A DNA stretch of 64,000 nt from the human T2T-CHM13v2.0 reference genome, Homo sapiens (GCF_009914755.1 NC_060926.1), one strand, 5' to 3'; positions 44,415 to 56,291 are shown, numbered from the stretch's first letter. Notes: generated by a model from the sequence alone, not told the origin. Numbers and translations: made by a program.

Positions 44415-44780
44415 CAGCTGCTCCTCGACTTACAATAGGGTTAGATCCAGATAAACCCATCATAAATTGAAAATATTTTAAGTTGAAAATGCACTTACCA
44501 CACCTAACCTACCAAACATCCTAGTTTAGCCTGGTCTACCTTACATGTGCTCAGAACACCTACATTAGCCTACAATTGGGCAAAATCATATAACACAGAT
44601 CCTATTTTATAATAAAGTGTTGACTATCTCATGTAATTTATTGAAAATTATACTGAAAATGAAAAACAGAATGGTCGTATGAATACTCAAATTACAGTTT
44701 ATACTGAATGCATATCATTTTCCCACCATTGTAAAGTTGAAAAATCGCAAGTTGAATCTTTGGAAATGGGGGACTGTCTG
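44415..44780 (+). mobile_element. MER47A-like TcMar-Tigger MITE inserted in a MIR
   Basis: TA|cagctgctcctcgacttac...gggggactgtctg|TA: TA target duplication, 366 bp, internal acctaacctaccaaacatc...gtgctcagaacac. Confidence 0.88.
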
Positions 44781-46611
44781 TACTATTAGGCTCAGAGCCT
44801 TAAATTGCTTGACCATTATGACTCAGCTAGAGAGTGATGGGACTGGGAGCTGATCGCTCATCTAACTCCAAAACACACACTCTTCTAAGTATTATACTGC
44901 CTCAAAACAAGTTTCCATCTGGTTTCAAATTTGGGATTGTTGTGTACTGTGAAAGTGGCAATCATTTCTTCTAAAAGAAGAGAATATAATTAAGTAGTCT
45001 GTTTAGACATGGTAAAATTGAAATTGTCTAGAAAAATAATATAATGTATTATGAAGGATACTGACAAAAAGAAAATAGGTTTGAATAAAGCTATGCTATG
45101 CACTTATGTTTCCATCACTGTCATTAAGTGAATGACAAATATACTATTTTGATTTACTATTGTATCAATAAACATGTTACACTTCATGAATAGATAACAT
45201 TAGATGCTCTTAAGCCAAGCTTACTTTTTAGATTAAAATGATGAAATAAACAACAATGGCAAACATAACTGTACATCCAGTAGCAGCTACCCTAAATTCT
45301 CAAAGCAAGGAAATAAGACAATCCAACACATCATATTGAGTCTCAAAGAGATTTTCTAGTCATTCATAAGCATAAAACACCAAAATGTTCAAAATTAAGA
45401 CTCCCCCAAAATATTATTCTTTTTTGGAAAAGACCCCAGAGATCTGTGGGAAAATTAATCTTTATTTCCAAGTTAAACTTTGAATTTGTTGTAAGATTAA
45501 AGAACTATGAGTATTTTGAAACAAAAGTTGTAGAAAGTGATCAGATTTTGAAAAGACCATGAAAACTAAGAGCTGAGCTACAGCCCGTGGAAACAATGGG
45601 AGATATTTCTGAAACAGTTTATATAACGAGCTTTAATTCGGAGATTTTTTTTTTCCCTTTTGAGGAAACCTTCTGGCTTGAACATGTTCACAGGTTCTGT
45701 ATGGCTTGTAAAGCTGTGTTCTTTCTCCCGCTGGGACCTTGCTCAGGCTTGTAGTTTCATCTGAAAGAATAATTTTCGATATTTCCTAGGCTGAGCATTA
45801 ATCCCTCCATTGCTTGATCGATTAAATCCCACTGTCTGTGTCTGGAAGGCGATGTCTGAGCTTTATGTATTGCTTTCTGGCAAGCTACATTTCCATGCTC
45901 ATGGAACAGATGCAGCAGGGTAACTGTGTGCAACAGGCTTTCAGCCCTCAAAGCTTGGGGGAAATGACAGGTATGGTGTCCCATTTTAACTTAAGTTTAA
46001 AGGTCTCATAATTATACTGCTATCTGATGAATTTGGTTCATACCTTTTGTATGGCATTTAGTAGCTTACAAGGTGAGAATACATTATCTCGTTTGATCTT
46101 CACAAGAATTGTTTATAGGAAACAGAGCTCTATTATCTCTCATTTTAATAACGAGGAGAGGCTGTGACCCTTGCCCAGGGTCATATGGCCAGTAACTGGC
46201 AATCTTGTAATTAAAATTCAGATCTTTTGATTCTAACACCAGTGTTCTTTTATGATTCACATAAAAAACCCGAGATTGGAGAATTATAGAGGGCTTTCAA
46301 AAAGATCCACATTATCCATGTGCTCTGAGTCCAGAAAACTAACTGTAATATAAATGTCACATTGTGGCTCACTTGAGCAGAATGAAACAAAGATATGCCA
46401 TTTCAATGTTGTTTCAAGGATAAGAAGTCTTGGAGAAAATTGCTGGGATACTTCGAGAAACCCTAAATGTGATCAGGCAGGCCCCTAGAAGATAAGTATG
46501 TCTGCCCTGTCAGGGACCTGTAACTCATAAGGTCTCAATGCCTGGCCTGACCTTCCCATGTGTTTCACCTGCATATATTCTATTTCTCCAGCTGTAAAAT
46601 CCTGGGTGTAG

Positions 46612-47150
46612 GTGTATTGTTTTGGTCTTCCGCAAAGGGGAATCCTTATCTCAAGATTTTCAAGTGCAAGTACCTTATTCGGGAGAAGAAACACCAGTAG
46701 GAAAAGGGAGCAGTGATATAGGGAAGATGCAGTGGCCAATAAAGAGTACATTACCCAGGCAGCTACCCGTGGAGATTAATCCCACAAGGAAAGCTCGGAC
46801 GTGATGTAAAACACAAACCACAGAGACACACTCCCCTGAGGGGTGAGAGATGGGTGTTCAGATGCCAGCTCCCCTTAGGCATTGTTCTTTTTTTTTGGCA
46901 GTGCAAAGTGAAAGCAAGTTTATAAAGAAGGTAAAGGTATAAAAGAATGGCTACTCCATAGACAGAGCAGCCCCTCAATCATTGTTGAGAGCTGCTGGGA
47001 GTGGGAGGTAATTCCCCACCTTCCTGCAACCTGTGCAGGAGAGAAGAGCGGCATTCTGTAGCTTAGGAAAAAGTTCCTAGGCAAAGAAAGGCAGATCCCG
47101 GCAGGGTAATGTCTCTGGTAAAAGGCCCGAGGGATATGGCTCTGCTATAA
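46612..47150 (-). mobile_element. LTR33-like ERVL LTR
   Basis: caagattttcaagtgcaagtaccttattcgggag...aaacaccagtagg...gccaataaagagtacattac...tcattgttgagagctgct resembles LTR33 in reverse. Confidence 0.65.
46887..46970 (-). mobile_element. 84-nt polyadenylated MER41-LTR fragment with 16-bp degenerate TSD (L1-mediated retrocopy)
   Basis: Minus strand ctgctctgtctatggagtagccattcttttatacctttaccttctttataaacttgctttcactttgcactgcc-A9 aligns to the MER41 LTR at ~61007-61075; flanks ccccttaggcattgtt (46871-46886) / cccctcaatcattgtt (46971-46986). Confidence 0.85.
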
Positions 47151-47387
47151 CAGGATCTAGATCTTACACTTCAAAAATTATCTTTCAATGCTCAGAATAG
47201 TATTTGGGATACTATAGTCCCCTGACAACTGTGGACATATCAACCTGATATGAGGGTATATGTGAGAAATGCTTGCAGATACACATTAAATCTGTACCAA
47301 CAAAAGAATATGGAAAGAAAGAAAGAGCAAGAAGGGGCCAGGAAGGCAGCCTGCACCATCGTTTCTTTGGCATGGGGAGTCATCTCT

Positions 47388-47393
47388 ACTCAC
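47388..47393 (-). promoter_or_regulatory. 5' splice donor of TACR1 intron 2 (GTGAGT)
   Basis: + strand actcac = GTGAGT on minus, directly after AAA GT. Confidence 0.92.
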
Positions 47394-47588
47394 ACTTTCT
47401 CATAAATCTTGTTCGGATGCTCTGGCCATTCGATCATGCACACGACTCTGCTGGGCATGGTCTCTGTGGTTGAGTAGTAGCCCTGGGGGAAGGCCAGCAG
47501 GAGAGCCAGGACCCAGATGACACAGATGACCACTTTGGTGGCTGTGGCTGACAGCCGGGGCTGGAGGGGATGTATGATGGCCATGTAC
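47394..47588 (-). CDS. TACR1: Internal coding exon (exon 2) of tachykinin receptor 1 / NK1R: end of DRY motif, ICL2, TM4, ECL2
   Basis: Minus-strand translation (R)YMAIIHPLQPRLSATATKVVICVIWVLALLLAFPQGYYSTTETMPSRVVCMIEWPEHPNKIYEKV matches human NK1R as I recall it. Acceptor ctttgttctttcttctctgttccag|G (AG at 47590-47589), donor GT|gtgagt (47393-47388), length 195 nt, phase 2 at both ends. Confidence 0.98.
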
Positions 47589-47613
47589 CTGGAACAGAGA
47601 AGAAAGAACAAAG
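47589..47613 (-). promoter_or_regulatory. 3' splice site and polypyrimidine tract of TACR1 intron 1
   Basis: Minus strand reads ctttgttctttcttctctgttccag immediately before the exon. Confidence 0.92.
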
Positions 47614-48760
47614 TTCTGATCTGGTCACCAAAATCTGTATCAGAGATTCCATATTTTTCCTGCCAATAAGAAAATTCATAGAAACCCTTTGATTCCTGAT
47701 GATTTGTACAATTATTTTCCAATTCCTTTTCCATATTCTACCCTTAAGCTTTGTGATATGCCATACAATGCCAACATGCGTAAGAAAAGCCAGCTAGATT
47801 TTTCAGTATTTCAGAACCTATCTAGCAGCATTCAAGGAGAGACATTTTCATCATTGAAATGCTTGTGCTGGGGACAGGACAGCCAAGTACAGGTAAGTGA
47901 AATTAGAAAAATAAGAACAATGTTGTAAATTTATTCAATGTAAAGACTGACTTTCATTCTTTCTAGATTAAGGGATAATGGTGATCAGAATAGTACTTTT
48001 TTTCAGTCCTTATGTGATATTATAAAAGATTAGCAGTCCTACCTCGGTCCATACAATTTGAGGGGAAGTAAACATGTCTCTGTGACAAAGCATTGGCCTA
48101 AAGTCAGCAAAAAACAACAGCTCCTGGAGAAATCTTCATCAATTCTTTGAGCATCTAGGAGTCAGTGTATGGCTAACTATACATACTTCGTGAAGAGAAA
48201 GACGGTCTCCACCTGCTGAGGCAGACAGACTAGAGTGCACAAAGGACCAGTATGGATGACACTTCATTGCAGGAAGAGGGGAGCACAGCAAATGATGACT
48301 TCATGTCTGGAGCCATTCCTCCATCGCTTCATTCCTGGGCTCTGGCACTAAACAGTGTCATCTGAATGAATGTGTCCACATGTTTGAGTTTGTGCACAGC
48401 CCCTGAGATGTTGCAGAGATTTGAAGGATAAGTATTTCATATCAGCCTTTCATATCAGTGATAAGCACATCAATTCTGCCTCTTTCATTTTAAAAGACAT
48501 CTCTCTCTGCATATTTTTCTTGCAAAGTTTATAGCTCTATACCTTAAAATAAGCATTTTTTAAAAGAGAAGGAATGATATCTTATAGGGCCTTTGGCATT
48601 TAAATATTATCTGACAAAACCTCAGAATCACACATTGATTCTCTGACAGTCAGGTGTCTCTGACGTCCATGCGACAGAATGGTCAACGGAGACTTCAAAA
48701 ATCTGCAAAGAGTAGCAGAGCTGTCAGCTGGCTCCACATTGTTCCACATAATTCTTTTAC

Positions 48761-49354
48761 TGTATTCTTTGGACTCCTAGGATCTCTAGACCAGAATTAG
48801 GACCAGGGTTACAAGTAAAGCAATTTTATTCAGTATGCGCTCAATAAATTCCCACTGGACACCTGCCGCACGTAGAGCACAGCGTTTCCTTCTGGGCTAT
48901 AAGCTTGTAATTTCTCCAGGGAGAAAAGGTGCATCAATAAGCAGCTCAAAACACAGCAGTAGGATAAGTGACCTCAAGTGGTAATTGGATCAATACCTTA
49001 GAGTCTTAGGGGAGCTGCGGAGACACTCAAGCCCTGGAATGGCAGGTGGTCTACTGGAGGGGCTTCGACAGGTGTGCTGGATTTGGGGTGAGTCTGCTGA
49101 GCATCCTGCCCCAACGGGAGGAAGTGTTTGGAGCTTTCTTGTTTCTCCATGTTAGGATTAGGCTTTGTTTGCATGAAGGCTTCCTTGAGCATCCTCTTAT
49201 CACTGTAAACTTTAGAAACTTTTCTCTGCATTTTTGTGCTAGGGACCTGGGATTTCCCTCTCTGGTCTGTAAGGGCCACTGAAGGTGTTTAGTGTATAGA
49301 GTATGTCTACTAGGAGGACACTTCATGCCAACCTTTATATCAGAAGTCATGACA
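48761..49354 (-). mobile_element. Possible ancient solo LTR (family not assigned)
   Basis: Minus strand begins TGTCATGA, has AATAAA at 48830-48825 and ends ...AATACA ~65 nt later; ~590 bp; no clear TSD. Confidence 0.4.
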
Positions 49355-50532
49355 ACTCCCAGGAAGGAAACTCCTAGAAACTCTTTCTTCTGCCTCTTTT
49401 AGAAAGTGGGTAGGTGGTCTTAAAGTGAGGAGAGAGTGGAATTATAGGAACAGACTTGGAAAAGATATGATGTTGGGGGTGTGTAGTAATCTATAAATCT
49501 CTGGGCAAGTTTCCCTGGTTCTGTTGATACTATAAAGCCTATCACTCAAATGCTGTCTGCAGGTCATCAAAAGGGCAAAAACAACTCTCAATATGTTACA
49601 AATCAAACATTGTCTGTTTTCTTTAGGTTACCCCAAAATGGCCACGACTACTGCCAAGGCAGGTCCAGGACACCATAGACTAGATGACCTTCCATCTCTG
49701 GGGTAGTCCCTTGAAAAGGACCCTGAGAAGTGTTGATTTCTCCCCTAGACCTGTGTCTTCCTTGATGCCTGACAGTGGTGGAGCCCTGTATCCTCTTCAA
49801 TCATGGGGTGCGGTGGGTAGGGGAAACTCAGAATCAGAGCCAACACATGTGGGCCTGTTCAACCATTATCGTTGCCGTCTTTCCAATTCAGTGAAGGGCT
49901 GGACCCAGATGGTCATGGCCAGAACCTCTTTGAGTGTTTGTATTAAAACCATAGGATTGCTTGTTGGATTATTTCCCAAACGCAAATTGTTTTCCCCCTA
50001 CAAAGCTGGAAATGCAGCGGTGAAGATGCCTTATCTCACCTCCAGCACTGCATAGTTCCTACCCTCACTGGCAGCTGTGCATTCTCAGGCTTCACAGGAA
50101 CTTGAGGAGGATGCTCAGGGGAGAATGTGGTAATTACATTGCCCTCTTTTAATATTACCTCAAATGCAAGATTTTAATTTGTTTCTCATTCAGGATAAAT
50201 GCTCAGTCTTAAATAAACAAATCCTAACACCACTCCCCATGCTCGAATTGGCGATACACCATTCAGAATCTAATGTGACTGGGCTTACGGGGGATTGCAC
50301 CAGCGTATTGGCACTGTAACTCCAAATGGGTGGCAGAAAGCCATATTTTATCCTTATTGCAAAAATTGCAATTTGGGAACGCACTTCAGTTAACTCTCTA
50401 CCGTTCTTTAGTGTAGGAGCCATTTTAGTGGCAGATGAAAGTATTACCCACATAAAGCCAGAGAGAATAAAAAAGACTGGCTTTAAAAAATGTATATATG
50501 TTCATTTGTTCAAAACAGAGGTGTTTATAAAT

Positions 50533-50592
50533 CTCCCTCCCTCCTTCCTTCCCTCCTTTCCTCTCTTTCCTCCTTTCTTCTATCCCTCTCTT
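50533..50592. repeat. Pyrimidine-rich (CCTT/CCCT)n tract
   Basis: ctccctccctccttccttccctcctttcctctctttcctcctttcttc. Confidence 0.85.
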
Positions 50593-51418
50593 GCAATCCT
50601 CATTTCTGGGGCTCGTTTAACATGTTTTTTTCTTATTCACCCAAAAGCTAGTACCATTTGGATAACCTGTACACAGATGGATGAATATTTTCTTTCCTAC
50701 TCCCCACTTCTAGCTAGGATTCATTAACATACATTTATATATTTATCTGGAACCAGCCTGAGCAATTCTTGCTTATTTGGTTATAAGATATTACGGAGCA
50801 AGTGCTGCAAACCCAAGGAAAATACATTCAATAAATATTTATTGACTGCACCGTGCTCGTGGGACTCTAAGGCAGTCAATGAAACGTCTTTCTGGTGTAA
50901 GCATTAATCATTAGGCTGCCAGCGACAGGGATCTGGAGGCGTGTGGGATATGGATTATGTTCTTTACTTCAGGTGGTTCCAGTCCCACTGAGGGCCATCA
51001 GGACTGATTTGAATTGTATGTGTCCTCCCAGCTGAAAAACCTGAGATGTAGCCTTCCTCTTGCATGATGATGCTTTATAAAAAGAACTCTCTGCTGCACA
51101 TTTGTTTTTTCTTGTAGGCAGAGTGAAAACAATCTTATTGTGAAAAGGAATTTCAATCCTCTGACAAGCGGCAGTATCTTCATAACTTCCTGCTATACCA
51201 GTCCCAAATCACTCAGCAGAGAGAACGTCTTTCCTCTACGATGAGATTTGTCCAGTGGGGCCCTTCTTCCACAGTCTTTCTCATCCAATTCCAGTTTCTG
51301 CCCTCACTTCTCCCACTCACTCCTGGGGTGTTACAAGTTTCCTTTAAGGGACCATATCTTCCTGAGTTCAGATAACCAGGGTGGTAATAGCTGAGAGTAT
51401 GGCTGCTATAGTCTAGCT

Positions 51419-51641
51419 CAAGGGTTGGCAATTTTTTTCTGGGAAAGACAGATATTACATATTTTGAGTTCTGTGGTCCATATAGTTTCAGTTGTAATTA
51501 TCAAACTCTATCTTTGTAGTGTGAAAACAGCCACAGACAGCAAAGAAACTATTGGGCATGACTGTATGATAATAACATTTTATTTACAAAAACAGGAGGT
51601 AGGCTGCATTTGGTCCCTGGCCCATAGCTTGCTGTCCCCTT
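51419..51641 (+). mobile_element. MER58A hAT-Charlie MITE
   Basis: caagggttggcaa...ttttatttacaaaaacagg...catagcttgctgtcccctt; 8-bp TSD gtctagct / gtctagtt. Confidence 0.88.
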
Positions 51642-51963
51642 GTCTAGTTTACAGGAAGCGAAGAGCAGGAGGAGTTAGAACCATAGGAGAAGATGGTGTG
51701 ATATTCAGAAACACTCTTTACCTTTGGCAGATGGGAACTTATTGGGTAGATAACTCCTGTGTCCCACAAGCAGTCAGTAAGGTGGTCTACGGCCAGTCAT
51801 GACCAAGAATCAGATAAGACCCTGGTTCTAATGTGAGCACAGTGGTCAATCTGGGATGTTTTTCCTCCTCGATCCCTTCCTGGCTGTTCCTGTTTATTTT
51901 CACAACTTGGCCCAGTCATCATGTCCTTGTGGCTGTGTTTGTTGCCTGCCTTTACTGCTGTGA

Positions 51964-52336
<373 letters not shown>

Positions 52337-52770
52337 TTTATTTTTCTAATTGCATATCCTTCTTTTCTCTTTTCACCCTCCACAGGTCCTTGGCCTGCCC
52401 AGGTGCTGAGGATGTAGTAAATACTCATTGAAAGTTTGGTTGCATAAATGATATCTTGGCACATAGCAGTGGCTTCATGAATGCTTGTTGAGTGAAAATA
52501 AGTGTAAAAGGAGAAAAACATACATGTTATACCTTTATTCCTCCCAGTCTCAACACATGTAAGACTGTTATGTGAGAATAATTATTGCTCAAAGTGTTTT
52601 CTGTCATATAGACACCCAGGATCATCCTGAAGGAGTGACCTCACTGGAATTGGCTCTTCAGAATTTTTTATCTCTTGACATTAAGCCCCTAAATAGAGCC
52701 TCAATACCTACTTGTTGACTAACTTTTGTGTTGACTATACGTTGGGAACTGTGCAGGATTCAGTCTTTCT

Positions 52771-53904
52771 TAGTTTTTTATAGCTTTGATTTTAGGTTCA
52801 GGGGTACATGTGCCAGGTTTGTTCTATAGATAAACTCATGTTACAGGGGTTTGTTGCACAGATTATTTCATGACCCATATTAAGCTAGTACCCAATAGTT
52901 ATTTTTTCTGCTTCTCTTCCTCCTCTCACTCTCCACCCTGAAGTAGACCCCAGTGTCTGTTTCCTTCTTTGTGTTCATCAGTTCTCATCATTTAGTTCCC
53001 ACTTATAAGTGGGAACATGTGGTATTTGATTTTCTGTTCCTGTGTTAGTTTGCTAAGGATAATAGCCTCCAACTCCATTCATGTTCCCGTAAAATACACG
53101 ATTTCATTCTTTTTTATGGAAGAATTATATATATAGTATTCCATGGTGTATATGTACCACATTTAAAAATCCCATCTGTCATTGATGGGCATTTAGGCTG
53201 ATTCCATGTCTTTGCTATTGTGAATAGTAGTACTGCAGTGAACATATGCATGCATGTATCCTTATAATAAAATGATTTATATTCCTCTGGGTATATACCC
53301 AGTAATGGGATTGCTGGGTCAAATGGTAGTTCTGATTTTAGCTCTTCAAGGAATAAAGACTTGAATGTGAAACCCAAAGCTATAAAAGCCCTGGAAGGCA
53401 ACCTAGGCGACACCCTCCTGGACAAAGGAAGGGACAAAGATTTCATTACAAGGACACCAAAAGCAATTGCAACAAAAGCAAAAATTGACAAATGGGATCT
53501 AATTAAACTTAAGAGCTTCTGCACAGCAAAAGAAACTATCAACAGAGCATACAGACAGCCTACAGAATGGGAGGAAATATTTGTAAACTATCCATCTGAC
53601 AACGGTCTAATATCCAGCATCTGTAAGGGACTTAAACTAATTTACAAGAGAAAAACAAACAACCCCATTAAAAAGTGGGCAAAGGACATGAACAGACACT
53701 TTTCAAAGAAGACATACCTGTGGCCGCAAGCATATGAAAAAAATCTCAATATCACTGATCCTTAGAGAAATGCAAATCAAAACCTCACTGAGATACCATC
53801 TCATACCAGTCAGAATGGCTATTTTGAAAAGTCAAAAAATAACAGATGCTGGTGAGGTTGTGGAGAAAAGGGAACATTTATATACTATTGACAGAAGTAA
53901 ATTT
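52771..53904 (-). mobile_element. L1PA (about L1PA13) 3' end with 5' inversion (52771-53354 minus; 53355-53904 plus)
   Basis: Minus-strand 3' UTR and ORF2 end (..[16 protein letters not shown]..) fused to plus-strand ORF2 piece (..[22 protein letters not shown]..); TSD ggattcagtctttct (52756-52770) / ggattctgtctttct (53905-53919). Confidence 0.92.
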
Positions 53905-56291
53905 GGATTCTGTCTTTCTATATGGCATCACCCTCTGGCTCTTCTTCTGAACAAATTGCTCCATCCATTCTCCTTCCATCCTCCCTCCGTTTTAGGGAGC
54001 ACACAGTCTTTTTACCTGAGGTCACTAACATTTCATCAGTTGAGATTTTCTTCCAGGATATTTTTTTATCATCGAAATTCAGGGATGTTATTTAAGCATA
54101 TCACTCAACCAGCATCCTTATCTATTCAGCTAAGCTCAAGCTCACAAAGCTATAACCAAAGAGGCCTTTAGCAGCCTGCAGAGATGACACAAAGTTCACA
54201 CACCACTAAATCATTTTTATTATTAATTAATTATTGTTTATTAATATTAGCAGCAGAGTCTTCGCATCCTCACTGCTATGTTGTGCACAATTCTAAAAAG
54301 CATGAGGTTTTGATCTCCATGCCCAGTGCCGATTCACAGCATCATCAGTGGACCCACTTCAAAAGGTGCCAGCTGATAGCAAGGGCGCCATCAACAAGAC
54401 CATAAAAAATGGGTGCAAAGTCAGATGGATTTGAAGGCCTGCGACAGTTTAGGGTAAAGTGAAGGAGGGGATGCAGTTGACTGTTGTTTGAGCTGTTCTG
54501 TCTCATGTGTGATCAAACAATGACCCATATTGTTCAAAGAAGATTCAGAAATAGAGTCCTTGGGCTATTAGGAAACAAAGTACCTGATGTAGGAGCTCAT
54601 GAGACGAGGTGATTCCAGACCCTGGGAGCCTTCCAGCCTTGTCTAGATTCTACTTCCTATCTCACTACTGTCTGTAGAAATTTTGTTTATCCTTTAAATG
54701 TGGATCAGAACCCATCTCTTTCAGGAAAACTTTTTCAATCGTTCAAAAATCTCTTGGAGATAATCATAACCACATTCTATTGAATACCCTCCCATACTCC
54801 TGTTAGCTGTCCTCCCTTATGGAACCATCTCATTTTATTTTATAGCAGAACAATCTGTGCTCCTGTTCTATCCCATCACTGGACGGTAAGCTTCCTGAGG
54901 GCAGGGGTTGTGTTCACATATATTTTTGTCTTTTGGGAAACTTACCAAAGAGCCTTACACAACTGGTAAAAGTTTGCCTGGATGTGCCAGCTGATGTTTG
55001 ACCAAAGAACTCCATCTTCATTCAGCAGTTGCAAGCTGGCGGCTCCACTTAGGGCATTCAGACTAGTCTTAAAAGACAAGCTTACAAAGGGACAGATACA
55101 ATTCTGGAGTATTCTTTCCACAGTGAACTCCTTAATGCTATTTTGGAATGTGAGGCACTAAGCCAGGATTGATAAAGCGCCCTAGTTGGGCATAGATAGA
55201 AGGTGCCCCCTAAGCAGCCCAGGTTAAGCCCTTTGATTTTTGCAGAGCCAGGGCTACCATAAAAATACGTATCACTAAGGTCTGATGTGAACGAAGGGGA
55301 AAAAACAGTGAAGGTCCAAGTTGTGTATAATATTCTGAGTGTTTCTGCCAGCAGGTGGGCCAGACAGTAAGCATTGGGAATGAGCAACACTAGGAGTATC
55401 AGTCAGCTAATCGCTGGGATCCTGCCATTCACAATAAAATGCTACCCCTCAGGGGTGGGACTGGGGTTGGGAGTGGCTGGGGTGAAGCAGGAAGACAGAG
55501 CGCGCATTTTTTTCTCCCTGAAAAGAGCAATGGTAGCAAGTTTGTAACACAATGGAAGGTGAGTAAAGTAATGTACCATTTCATTTCCAGCTTGAGGGCT
55601 CCTGTCAAGGATTGGCAGAAGCTACTTGTTAGGTAGCTCACAACATTTGTGAGCTACTGTTTTCTTCCTATATGGAATCTCATGCTTGCATTTGGGACTC
55701 CACCCCTGAGGCTGTGCTGACATGTATAAGACAGACACACACAGCAATAGCTATCCCCTGGGCAAAAGGCTGATGCTACTGGGACAAACTAGATCCTTTG
55801 TGACATTGACCTGTTTGCGATTTAGAGCTAAAACTTAGGTAGGAGGTGTGTGCTGACACACGGGAGACTCAGGTTTATAGAAATTTGACTGGGGAGGTGA
55901 TAATAGGACCACATTAGCTCCAGCAGCAGAGTAAGAAAAAAAGAAAGAAGAGAGTAGTTTGGATTGTAATGTCTTTGAGATTTTAATTACCGTAAGGGAA
56001 AGGGGAATTGCACTGATTGAACTTCATGATTTTAGTGGAAACTCAATAATGGAAAGAAGTTCAAATTTAGGGCATCTTTAAAATTGTTGACACTGTGCTT
56101 TTTGGCCGCTGCTGTCACTGCAGTATTGAGTAGTCCTCTCTGGTAAGCTAGTTAGGAAAATGTAGTTGGCCATAATCTTAGAATTGTATTTTCATCTTAT
56201 GCAGTGTGGCCTTGATATTAAGTTATTAAATAATTAATGCTCTCTTCTGACCAATTTTGAAGTTTTTGTGAACAACATCAAAGATGCATTT

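Noticed and set aside
47589-47734. N-terminal extension (MEKELENN...LLCS) of ORF 47390-47734
   Set aside because: It is intron 1 read in frame; a strong polypyrimidine tract/AG precedes the real exon, and the extension has no GPCR similarity.
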